Position numbers and translations under genes: made by a program. The notes beneath the pieces were generated by a model, which was given only the letters and a program-made list of their open reading frames with translations, did no database searches and was not told the DNA's origin. From an uncultured Mucilaginibacter sp. (lineage in GTDB: Bacteria > Bacteroidota > Bacteroidia > Sphingobacteriales > Sphingobacteriaceae): a DNA stretch of 64,000 nt. Shown one piece after another: positions 19,213 to 27,650 of the stretch; the stretch's first letter is position 1, and each line of letters starts with the position of its first letter. The DNA lies in the NCBI GenBank assembly GCA_903915155.1, contig CAIWRU010000018.1, positions 2,344-66,343 of the forward strand. The letters are read 5' to 3'.

Positions 19213-19623
19213 TTAACTATGTATGGCGTAATGGAATAATACGAATATCGCTACGGCTACATCAACAACTATAAAGCCGTCGACCAGGATATAGTGGGCG
19301 GTGGTGTGCTGGCCGAGCGCCTTGTGGTAGGCCTCATCGCGGAAGGCTTTTACGTAGGTTGAGTCTTGCAGCAGCGCGGCGTTGGCTGTGGTGGCGGTTG
19401 TGGGCTTAAAAAAGTCGGATGTGGCGTTTTTACGGTTTTGGCGGAATATTTTGAGGTCGGCTTTGCTGAGCTTGAATTTATGGGCATCCTTTTGGGCCTG
19501 TTTTACCGAGGCCGAGGTATCGCTGCGCAAGGCCTCATTACCGGTGGTTTCGGCCAGCAGGCTGCCGGTGAAAAAGGTAAGCAGTATGATTGTAAACAGT
19601 GCTATTTTTTGCATGATGATCAA
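19213..19623 (-). CDS. Hypothetical exported protein with a C-terminal hydrophobic anchor
   Basis: N-terminal signal peptide and C-terminal hydrophobic segment. Confidence 0.65.
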   Translation of the reverse strand: MIIMQKIALFTIILLTFFTGSLLAETTGNEALRSDTSASVKQAQKDAHKFKLSKADLKIFRQNRKNATSDFFKPTTATTANAALLQDSTYVKAFRDEAYHKALGQHTTAHYILVDGFIVVDVAVAIFVLFHYAIHS

Positions 19624-19775
19624 AAATTGAATCAGGTTTATGGGTTTATACGGGGTTGGTGGGATTTTGTTTTGGGGTTGATATTATCTTGTACTGCGCA
19701 ACGTGGTCGGCGAGTGTGGTTTCCTTATAATTAATAATTTTACAATTGCGGTACGGTGTTTGCCTTTAATGCGCC

Positions 19776-20186
19776 ATGAGTAAACTATTGGTGATTGACG
19801 ATTGTGAGACGGATCATTTTATTATGGACAGGATGTTGGGATTGCACGGGCTTTTCCCGGGTAAGGAGTTGTGTTTTGATGCCGAAGCGGCTATAAACCA
19901 ATTGGAAGATGATTGCCTTGACGAAAGTAAATTGCCCGACGTTATTTTCCTGGACCTTTTTATGCCGAGATTTAACGGCTTTAATTTTCTGGACAGGTTC
20001 AGAAAACTATACCCTGCTATCGACAAAACTATACACATTTTTATTATCAGCTGCTCCATAAACCCGGCTGATAAAATAAATGCGGAAAAATACCCCTTTG
20101 TAAAAGGCTATTTTTTGAAGCCCGTAAACATGAATACTTTAAAAAACATTGCACTGGCTTATGGCCAAACCCTGCAATCAGCATAA
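19776..20186 (+). CDS. Single-domain response regulator (CheY-like receiver)
   Basis: LVIDD, IFLDLFMP, IISCS, FLKP. Confidence 0.9.
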   Translation: MSKLLVIDDCETDHFIMDRMLGLHGLFPGKELCFDAEAAINQLEDDCLDESKLPDVIFLDLFMPRFNGFNFLDRFRKLYPAIDKTIHIFIISCSINPADKINAEKYPFVKGYFLKPVNMNTLKNIALAYGQTLQSA

Positions 20187-20192
20187 TATATT

Positions 20193-20345
20193 ATGGAGTA
20201 CATAAATCATTATTTTAGCGCCGGCACCTGGTACCAAAACGTAATTATGTATGCTTTACTGGCAGGGCTGGTTTATGCTAACATTGTGTTGATTAAAAAG
20301 GGTGAGAAGAAAAAGGCTGGTGTAGGTGTGAGGAGAGGTGGGTGA
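20193..20345 (+). CDS. Candidate 50-aa single-TM small protein (below the ORF-track cutoff)
   Basis: Hand translation MEYINHYFSAGTWYQNVIMYALLAGLVYANIVLIKKGEKKKAGVGVRRGG; ATG 6 nt after the receiver gene stop. Confidence 0.4.
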   Translation: MEYINHYFSAGTWYQNVIMYALLAGLVYANIVLIKKGEKKKAGVGVRRGG

Positions 20346-20403
20346 TAAGATGCCGGTCTCTCTCTTTAATTTTATACTAAATGAATTGCAATGTCGAAGC
20401 ATT

Positions 20404-20604
20404 TCATAAATAATGAATATCTTTTATAGCTATAATAGCATCATATCTATTCATAAGTTGGATGTTAGAAAAATCTTTTTTGGAATATCCGGAGTCCAAA
20501 AGATAAACCCGAATCGCTGCATTTTTATTAATGGCTTTTAAATTTCCTAAGTGTAAACTATTTTTATAAATAGCAAATAGTGAGTTTGTCAAATCCTTAT
20601 TCAT
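20404..20604 (-). CDS. Hypothetical 66-aa protein divergent from the C gene
   Basis: ATG ORF in the AT-rich islet; no motif recognised. Confidence 0.4.
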   Translation of the reverse strand: MNKDLTNSLFAIYKNSLHLGNLKAINKNAAIRVYLLDSGYSKKDFSNIQLMNRYDAIIAIKDIHYL

Positions 20605-20634
20605 TGGTAATTTTTAATCAAATATAAAAATAAA

Positions 20635-20667
20635 TTGACACTTATAGTCCGTTGACTTATAGTCAAC
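20635..20667 (+). promoter_or_regulatory. Tandem C-box operator overlapping a TTGACA-N17-TATAGT promoter
   Basis: CACT-TAT-AGTC (20639-20649) and GACT-TAT-AGTC (20654-20664), 15 bp apart; TTGACA 20635-20640; TATAGT 20658-20663. Confidence 0.88.
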
Positions 20668-20686
20668 AAAATACCAACTTGCTCAA

Positions 20687-20908
20687 ATGAGCATAAAGGT
20701 CAAAGTCGGCTTGAGGATAAAAGAACTCCGAAATAAAATTGGTATCTCCCAAGAGGCTTTAGCTAATAAGGCGGAAATTGACAGAACCTATGTTACCGAT
20801 GTTGAAAATGGCAGACGAAATATATCTATTGAAAATCTGGCTAAGCTTATTAATGCTTTAGAAATCCCATTTAAGGATTTTTTCGACTCCCCTAATTTCA
20901 ATAAATAA
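20687..20908 (+). CDS. Controller (C) protein-like XRE/HTH regulator
   Basis: 73 aa; SQEALANKAEIDRTYVTDVENGRRNISI, with the DRTY recognition-helix motif of R-M controller proteins; C-boxes directly upstream. Confidence 0.88.
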   Translation: MSIKVKVGLRIKELRNKIGISQEALANKAEIDRTYVTDVENGRRNISIENLAKLINALEIPFKDFFDSPNFNK

Positions 20909-22914
20909 TGGGAGCATTTTATTCAAATACTCTTGTCGATTTTATTGATGATGATAATGATTCAATTATTGGTTCTCTCACTACACAAGCTGGTGCAGCA
21001 GGTTTTCATCAACAACTACACACCCAAACTTTTTCTTGGATTGAAGAAATTAACATTCTAAAATCTTCATTTATTAAGTTGATTAGTGTTAATCCCAATG
21101 CGTCAACTTTTGGAATATTATTAGAATATCCAATTGCAAGAAGGGATAAAAGGATAGATGCAGTAATTATAGCTAATAATTTGATAATAGTAGTTGAATT
21201 TAAAGTGGGAAAATCAGAATATATAGGAATAGATAAAGAACAATTATTAGACTATTGTTTAGATATTAGGGATTTTCATTTTGAATCGAGAGATAAAATA
21301 ATTGTTCCTTTATTGGTGGCCACTACAGGCAATTCATTGTCAACTGAACTAATTAAAATTGAAAATTTTGTTCAAAATATTGTGTTCGCCAACTCGGAAG
21401 ATTTAAGTGACAAGCTAAATATTGTAATTAACAAGTTTAGTGATAGTACTTTCTTAATTAATTATATTAAATGGAATGAAAGTGACTATTCACCTACTCC
21501 AACCATAGTTGAAGCTGCTCGAACTTTATACGCTGGTAAATCTGTAACTGAAATAACGCGATCACATGCTAAAAGGATCAATTTGACCAAAACTACAGAT
21601 GCTGTTATTAATGCAATAACTTTAGCAAAAGCCAGCAATCAAAAAATTATTTGTTTCATTACAGGGGTACCAGGTGCTGGAAAAACTTTAGCCGGTCTTA
21701 ATATCGCCCATCACAAAGATTTTCAAAATAAAGAGGGTTCCTTATCAACTTTTCTTTCAGGCAATGTTCCCTTAATTAAAGTCTTGCGTACAGCTTTATC
21801 GCGTGATGCAAATAAGAAATTAAAAAAAGCAGGATCTTCAGCTAAAGTAAAAGAATCCGAAAGAATTATTGCTTTCATAGAGAATGTTCACAATTATTTT
21901 AAGTTGTACTATACAGACGAAAAAATACCGAATAGAAAAATTGCTAATAATAAAATTGTAATTTTTGACGAGGCACAAAGAGCATGGGATGCAGAACAAT
22001 CGATGAAAAAATTTCAAAGAAATTCTTCAGAGCCAGAAATGATGTTTGAGATTATGAATAGGCATGATGATTGGGCTGTAATTGTTGCTTTGGTTGGCGG
22101 TGGACAAGAAATAAATACTGGTGAAGCCGGTTTACCGGAATGGGGAAGAGTTATTGAAGAAAAATATAATAATTGGAAAGTATATATATCGCCTCAACTC
22201 AAAATTGGAGATCATAGTACCGGTAACCTTACATTATTCAACATCCTGCCAAAAAATGTCGAAATTATTGAAGATCCATCATTGCATTTAAATGTATCCT
22301 TACGCTCTTACAAAGCCGAAGATTTATCTAATTGGGTTAGTCTTGTCTTGACAGATAAATCAAATGAAGCAAAAGAAATTTTTAAAAATAAATTATCCAA
22401 ATATCCAATAGTGTTGACTAGAGATTTAGAAAAAGCAAAAAGTTGGCTTAAAGATAAATGTCAAGGTTCAAGAAGAATGGGCTTAGTTGCGAGTTCAGGT
22501 GGTAGGCGATTAAAAGCAACAGGCTTAGATGTCAGGACAGAATTCGAACCTGCTGAATGGTTTTTAAATGACCGCAATGATGTGAGATCATCCTATTATT
22601 TAGAAATTCCGGCTACTGAATACAAAGTGCAAGGATTAGAATTGGATTGGGCGGGCGTATGCTGGGATATTGATTTATTCAGGGATAAGAACAAATGGAT
22701 TTTTAAAACTTTTTCAGGATATAAATGGAATAACGCAAATACTCTTGAAAAGAGGAAATATATAATTAATAAATATAGAGTTCTGCTAACAAGGGCAAGA
22801 GAGGGAATGATAATTTTTATTCCCAAAGGAAGTAGTGACGATCATACGAGAAACCCAGGCCATTACAATTCGATAGTGGATTATCTTATTTCCTGTGGGG
22901 TACCTGAACTATAA
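20908..22914 (+). CDS. PD-(D/E)xK nuclease + SF1 helicase (DUF2075 / Schlafen group 3-like) protein
   Basis: N-terminal E...RID...VEFK...QLLDY; Walker A GVPGAGKT; Walker B IFDEAQR; GGGQEI; EYKVQGLELD; YRVLLTRAR; TAATG overlap with the C gene. Confidence 0.88.
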   Translation: MGAFYSNTLVDFIDDDNDSIIGSLTTQAGAAGFHQQLHTQTFSWIEEINILKSSFIKLISVNPNASTFGILLEYPIARRDKRIDAVIIANNLIIVVEFKVGKSEYIGIDKEQLLDYCLDIRDFHFESRDKIIVPLLVATTGNSLSTELIKIENFVQNIVFANSEDLSDKLNIVINKFSDSTFLINYIKWNESDYSPTPTIVEAARTLYAGKSVTEITRSHAKRINLTKTTDAVINAITLAKASNQKIICFITGVPGAGKTLAGLNIAHHKDFQNKEGSLSTFLSGNVPLIKVLRTALSRDANKKLKKAGSSAKVKESERIIAFIENVHNYFKLYYTDEKIPNRKIANNKIVIFDEAQRAWDAEQSMKKFQRNSSEPEMMFEIMNRHDDWAVIVALVGGGQEINTGEAGLPEWGRVIEEKYNNWKVYISPQLKIGDHSTGNLTLFNILPKNVEIIEDPSLHLNVSLRSYKAEDLSNWVSLVLTDKSNEAKEIFKNKLSKYPIVLTRDLEKAKSWLKDKCQGSRRMGLVASSGGRRLKATGLDVRTEFEPAEWFLNDRNDVRSSYYLEIPATEYKVQGLELDWAGVCWDIDLFRDKNKWIFKTFSGYKWNNANTLEKRKYIINKYRVLLTRAREGMIIFIPKGSSDDHTRNPGHYNSIVDYLISCGVPEL

Positions 22915-23114
22915 CTCCTCGTTTCCTTACTGTGTACATCGGCCATAGTGTAAAATTAAACAACATTTTCGTGGTTTGGTTCGGGGTTCCTGGCCCGGGT
23001 TGCGCGTGGGTAGTAAAAAAATCGCGTTCACGGTTATTCACCACTTTTGAACGCTGGAAAATGTTTAAACTTCTGTTTATTAACGCCTTAAGTGTTTGGG
23101 GGTGTATGGGTAGC

Positions 23115-23213
23115 GTTTATGTTTGTTTCGGTTTGTTTGGGCTCGTTTGGGTACTGTTTATGGGGTGTTTAGGCCCTGTTTAGGTGGTGTTTGGGTTCGT
23201 TTAGGCTATGTTT
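23115..23213. other. Helically phased GTTT tracts in a G/T-skewed segment
   Basis: GTTT at 23115, 23125, 23135, 23145, 23156, 23167, 23178, 23189, 23199, 23210 (95 bp over 9 intervals). Confidence 0.7.
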
Positions 23214-23310
23214 GGGTTATGCCAATTTGCTGATATCCAATGAAAAGTGAACGCGCCAAAAAGCATTCAAAACAGGCAGTTTGATAGTTGGCGGTTTGCG
23301 TGCATCGGCT

Positions 23311-23318
23311 TACCTTTG
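23311..23318 (+). promoter_or_regulatory. Bacteroidota sigma-A -7 box
   Basis: TACCTTTG matches TAnnTTTG, 38 nt upstream of the ATG at 23357. Confidence 0.45.
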
Positions 23319-23331
23319 CATACCTTCAACT

Positions 23332-23354
23332 CCCCCTTTAGGGGGTTGGGGGGC
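23332..23354. repeat. 23-bp REP-like element, copy 1
   Basis: ccccctttagggggttggggggc, identical to 47336-47358. Confidence 0.8.
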
Positions 23355-23356
23355 TA

Positions 23357-23986
23357 ATGATACAAGTATTCGCAAACAACCCCTACCAGGAGAACACCAT
23401 AGTTTTATACGACGACAGCGGCGAGTGCGCCATCATCGACCCGGGTATGTACACGGCAGCGGAACAGAACGCGGTGGTGAACTTTATCCGCGATAAGGGC
23501 CTTAAACCGGTGCTGCTGCTCAACACGCATTGCCATATTGACCATGTGCTGGGCAACCGCTTTGTATTCGACCAGTATGGCCTCAAGCCGCAATTCAACA
23601 TCGGCGAGCAGGAGATACTGGATGCCGTGCCTGCCTATGCACCGAGTATGGGGTTCAGGTATGAACTATCGCCACTGCCCGAGGTGTATTTGCCCGAGAC
23701 AGGCACCATAAGCTTTGGCAACACTACTTTGGAACTGATATTCGCGCCGGGGCACTCGCCCGCGCATTTGTGCTTTTATAACCGCAAGGATAATATACTG
23801 GTGGGCGGCGATGTGCTGTTCCGCGGTAGTGTTGGTCGCAGTGATTTGCCGGGCGGCAATCATTTGCTGCTGTTGAAGAACATTGAGGAGAAATTATTCA
23901 CACTTCCGGGTGATTGTACGGTGTATCCTGGTCATGGCCCGGAAACAACTATAGGTTACGAAAAAGAAACCAATCCCTTTTTTTAA
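23357..23986 (+). CDS. MBL-fold metallo-hydrolase (glyoxalase II / YcbL-like)
   Basis: THCHIDH, PGHSP, GDVLF, PGHG. Confidence 0.93.
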   Translation: MIQVFANNPYQENTIVLYDDSGECAIIDPGMYTAAEQNAVVNFIRDKGLKPVLLLNTHCHIDHVLGNRFVFDQYGLKPQFNIGEQEILDAVPAYAPSMGFRYELSPLPEVYLPETGTISFGNTTLELIFAPGHSPAHLCFYNRKDNILVGGDVLFRGSVGRSDLPGGNHLLLLKNIEEKLFTLPGDCTVYPGHGPETTIGYEKETNPFF

Positions 23987-23997
23987 CTTAGCGGGGA

Positions 23998-24072
23998 GAA
24001 GTTAAAAGTAGAAAGTCAAAAGTTCTTTGCGCTTTAAACTTTCGACTTTGAACTTTAAACTTTAAACTATAC
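23998..24072. repeat. Inverted 7-bp repeat arrays
   Basis: gaagtta aaagtag aaagtca aaagttc / gctttaa actttcg actttga actttaa actttaa actatac. Confidence 0.75.
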
Positions 24073-24075
24073 AAT

Positions 24076-25299
24076 TTGAATACATCGGTCTATATAGCTA
24101 AGCGGTACCTTTTTTCGCGGAAGAAGATGAACGCCATTAATATCATCTCGGGCATAAGTATGCTGGGGGTGTTTATCGGCAGCGCGACGCTGGTTATTAT
24201 TTTGTCGGTTTTCAACGGTTTTGAGCATGTGATACTGGGGCTCTACAGCAACTTCACCCCCGAACTAAAGATTGAACCTCGCCTCGGTAAAACCTTTGAT
24301 CCTACTGCACCATATTTCGCTCAGATACATAAGGATGCACACGTATTTTCCTATACCGAGGTCTTGCAGGAAAAGGCGCTGATGATGTACAGCAACAAGC
24401 AGTTCATCGGCACCATAAAGGGCGTTAGCGACGATTTTTTAAAAAATAAACAACTCGATAGCACTATACAGGATGGCTCATTTACTTTAAAAACGGGCGG
24501 TTTAAATTACGCGGTTATTGGCGGCACGGTAGCGGGCAGCCTGGGGGTGAATTTGAACAGCCCAGACCCATTGCGCATTTACGCGCCAAACCGTAACGCC
24601 ATGGGTGGCTCCGACCCGCTGAATGAGTTTGTGGTGCGCAGTATTGATCCCTCGGGCGTGTTTACCATTCAGGCCGATTTTGATGATATAGCGGTTACCC
24701 CCATCAGTTTCGCCCGTGACCTGTTGAAGCAGCCCGTGAATGTAACCTCGATAGAAATTAATTATAAAAAGGGCACTAACCTGGATATTGTGCAACAGGA
24801 AGTGCAGGATAAAATAGGCAATAAATATACGGTGAAGAACCGCATTCAGCAGGATACCGAATTATACAAAACATTAAACTACGAACGTTGGTTTATATTC
24901 ATGATACTGGTTTTTGTGCTCATCATCGCCATATTCAACATCATAGGCTCGTTAACCATGCTGGTGATAGACAAACGGAAGGACATAGCCGTATTGAGCA
25001 GCCTGGGCGCAGGGAAAAGGCTGGTGCAGGGCATCTTCTTTTTTGAGGGAATGATGATATCGGGCATTGGTTGTATAGCGGGGATGGTGCTGGGGTTGGC
25101 GTTTTGCCTTTTACAGCAACATTATGGTTGGATAAAAATGGGCGGCAACATGACCGTAATTGATGCCTACCCCATTGAGCTAAGAGCCACGGATTTTGTG
25201 ATGGTACTGTTAACAGTTGGGGTAATAGCAGTAATAGCATCGGGCATTAGCGCCAAGTTGAGCGTGAAGGGATTGGATGATATTAAAGGGGAGTTGTAG
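24076..25299 (+). CDS. LolC/LolE-like (FtsX family) ABC permease
   Basis: IAKRYLFS, LSVFNGF, IAIFNIIGSLTMLVIDKRKDIAVLSSLGA; four TMs. Confidence 0.88.
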   Translation: MNTSVYIAKRYLFSRKKMNAINIISGISMLGVFIGSATLVIILSVFNGFEHVILGLYSNFTPELKIEPRLGKTFDPTAPYFAQIHKDAHVFSYTEVLQEKALMMYSNKQFIGTIKGVSDDFLKNKQLDSTIQDGSFTLKTGGLNYAVIGGTVAGSLGVNLNSPDPLRIYAPNRNAMGGSDPLNEFVVRSIDPSGVFTIQADFDDIAVTPISFARDLLKQPVNVTSIEINYKKGTNLDIVQQEVQDKIGNKYTVKNRIQQDTELYKTLNYERWFIFMILVFVLIIAIFNIIGSLTMLVIDKRKDIAVLSSLGAGKRLVQGIFFFEGMMISGIGCIAGMVLGLAFCLLQQHYGWIKMGGNMTVIDAYPIELRATDFVMVLLTVGVIAVIASGISAKLSVKGLDDIKGEL

Positions 25300-25303
25300 T
25301 GTT

Positions 25304-25445
25304 GAGGTGAAAGCTGAAAGGCGAAAGGTATTTAATTTAACAGTTGAAAAATAGAATAAACAATATATATTGCAGATGCGATGGGGGATTAGAATTATCG
25401 GCTGTAAAAAAGCTTTAACCTTTCGCCTTTAACCTTTTACCTTCA
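25304..25445. repeat. Inverted 7-bp repeat arrays upstream of rbfA
   Basis: gaggtga aagctga aaggcga aaggtat (25304-25331) / agcttta acctttc gccttta acctttt accttca (25411-25445). Confidence 0.75.
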
Positions 25446-25451
25446 AAAGAC

Positions 25452-25823
25452 ATGGAATCAAAACGTCAGCAAAAATTCGCCGGGGTAATTCAACAGGACC
25501 TGGCCGCCATATTTCAGCGCGAGGGCAACAATTATTTGCCAAATACAATGGTTACCATAACAAAGGTTCGCGTAACGCCCGACCTGGCCATAGCACGCAT
25601 ATTCTTAAGCTTTTTTGGTAATGCCAACGCACAGCTGGCTTTGCAAACCATTAAACAGCACGCATCAGAAATACGCTACAAATTAGGCTCGCGCATAAAA
25701 GACCAGGTGCGCATTATACCGCAGCTTGAATTTTTTGTGGACGATACCAGCGAATACGTCGACCGCATGGACAAGATATTCGACAAGCTAAACAAAGAGG
25801 AACGCCAAAAAGATCCGGAGTAA
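25452..25823 (+). CDS. rbfA: Ribosome-binding factor A
   Basis: VTITKVRVTPDLAIARIFLS, RIIPQLEFFVD. Confidence 0.95.
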   Translation: MESKRQQKFAGVIQQDLAAIFQREGNNYLPNTMVTITKVRVTPDLAIARIFLSFFGNANAQLALQTIKQHASEIRYKLGSRIKDQVRIIPQLEFFVDDTSEYVDRMDKIFDKLNKEERQKDPE

Positions 25824-25831
25824 GTCTTACT

Positions 25832-26542
25832 ATGGATGCTACTTCGCGCTTGGCAATATGGCTGAATGACCACCCGCAGCACATAAGCAATGTGGTTGAC
25901 TATAATGCGGCTACCGACAAGCTGTTCAAATTCGACCTTACAAAAAGTAATGCCGAACTAAGCCCGGCACTGGTTAATGATACAGCGAATTTTAGCGCTT
26001 GGGTAAATAAAAAACTGGCGGATAATCATTGTCGCTACGGCATTGGCGGCTATATGGAACTGCGTACCATTTATGATAACCGCGAACAATTTGATACCAC
26101 TGATGAACCCCGTCGCCTGCATTTAGGCGTAGATATCTGGAGCGATGGCGGTACGCCCGTTTACTCACCGCTCGACGGAAAAATTCATAGCTTTAAGGAC
26201 AACGCCAACTTCGGCGATTATGGCCCGACCATAATCGTAGAACACCATCTGAACGAACGAACACTTTATAGCCTGTACGGGCATTTAAGTCGCGAAAGTT
26301 TAGCAGGCCTAACCATCGGTATGCCTGTAACGAGCGGGCAGCAAATAGCAACATTTGGCACAGCCGAAGTAAACGGCAACTGGCCACCACATTTACATTT
26401 TCAATTGATGCTGGATATGGAAGGCATGGCAGGCGATTATTTTGGTGCGTGTAAACTATCTGAAAAAGAGAGATACCTGAAGAATATCCCTGACCCGCAG
26501 CTATTATTAAGATTTGCTAAGGCTGTCAATGAATCGGCTTAA
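25832..26542 (+). CDS. Peptidase M23 family protein
   Basis: LHLGVDI (HxxxD), YSLYGHL, PHLHFQ. Confidence 0.88.
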   Translation: MDATSRLAIWLNDHPQHISNVVDYNAATDKLFKFDLTKSNAELSPALVNDTANFSAWVNKKLADNHCRYGIGGYMELRTIYDNREQFDTTDEPRRLHLGVDIWSDGGTPVYSPLDGKIHSFKDNANFGDYGPTIIVEHHLNERTLYSLYGHLSRESLAGLTIGMPVTSGQQIATFGTAEVNGNWPPHLHFQLMLDMEGMAGDYFGACKLSEKERYLKNIPDPQLLLRFAKAVNESA

Positions 26543-27632
26543 ACACCCGGTTCCATCTTATCTTGCTAAAAAACGACCCGGTGCTATCAACGCTCATCCA
26601 GGTGAGTATAGCTTTGCCTACTATGTGATCCTCGGGTACAAAGCCCCAATAGCGCGAGTCTTCGGAGTTATGGCGGTTATCGCCCATCATCCAGTAGTAG
26701 TTCATTTTAAAGGTGTAGGTGTCGACTTTTTTTCCGTTTATCAAAACATCGTTGCCAAGCACCAGTAATTTATTATTCTCATACACCTGTATGGCCCTAC
26801 GATAAAGGGGTAGCGTAAGACTATCGAGTTTTACCGTCCAGCCTTTTTTGGGGATGATGATAGGCCCGTAATTATCTACGTTCCATCGGAAATTCGGGTC
26901 GCGCGGAAATATATCTCCATCGTAAACGCCGTTTAATTGTGTGCTTTCGCGTACAGAGATGACACCTGCATTCGTCTTTATTTTGGCTGCAGCCTGGCGG
27001 GTCATTAGCATTTCATAATCCGTGGTGGTAAATTGCTGGCTTATAGTAATGCCCAGTGTTTTTATAGTATTGGGGGCGATTGTTGTTCCATCCGCATGAA
27101 CAATATAGGCCGACTGTAAATATTGGGGAATGCCTTCAGGTTCGCCATTAATAAAAACACGGCCATTCCTTATGGCCAGCGTATCGCCGGGAGTACCCTG
27201 GCAGCGTTTGATGTAATTCTCCTGCTTATCTATTGGGCGGTACAGGGGTGAGTCAATATCCATAGGGTAATTGAACACTACTACATCACCACGTTTCACA
27301 TGGCTAAAGCCCGGCAGGCGGAAATAAGGTAATTGTATGCCATCCCAATAGGAGCGCTTGCCTGTTAACGGCATAGTGTTTTGCGCGAAGGGAAAAGCGA
27401 TAGGGGTAATGGGTGTGCGTGCGCCATAATTTACCTTACTTACAAACAGAAAATCGCCCACTAAAAGCGTGCTTTCCATTGAGCCGCTTGGGATAACATA
27501 GGCCTCGATAAAAAAGGCCCTGATAACTATAGCAACAATTACGGCAAAAAATATGGCGTTTATCCATTCGCGTAAGGCGCTTCTCCTTTTTTGGGGTTTG
27601 GGTTTATTCTTTTTCCAAAATTTCCAGTTCAT
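26526..27632 (-). CDS. lepB: Signal peptidase I, second shorter copy
   Basis: IPSGSME catalytic Ser, NYIKRC Lys, MMGDNRHNSEDSRYWGFVP. Confidence 0.9.
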   Translation of the reverse strand: MNWKFWKKNKPKPQKRRSALREWINAIFFAVIVAIVIRAFFIEAYVIPSGSMESTLLVGDFLFVSKVNYGARTPITPIAFPFAQNTMPLTGKRSYWDGIQLPYFRLPGFSHVKRGDVVVFNYPMDIDSPLYRPIDKQENYIKRCQGTPGDTLAIRNGRVFINGEPEGIPQYLQSAYIVHADGTTIAPNTIKTLGITISQQFTTTDYEMLMTRQAAAKIKTNAGVISVRESTQLNGVYDGDIFPRDPNFRWNVDNYGPIIIPKKGWTVKLDSLTLPLYRRAIQVYENNKLLVLGNDVLINGKKVDTYTFKMNYYWMMGDNRHNSEDSRYWGFVPEDHIVGKAILTWMSVDSTGSFFSKIRWNRVFKPIH

Positions 27633-27650
27633 GCCTCACCCCTAAAACCA

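Noticed and set aside
20340-23110. att sites or target duplications around the C-DUF2075 islet
   Set aside because: No convincing direct repeat, tRNA or integrase found by eye; boundaries are inferred only from base composition.
22932-23183. 83-aa ORF after the helicase
   Set aside because: Its 3' half is the G/T-skewed phased tract, which lacks stops for compositional reasons; no protein features.
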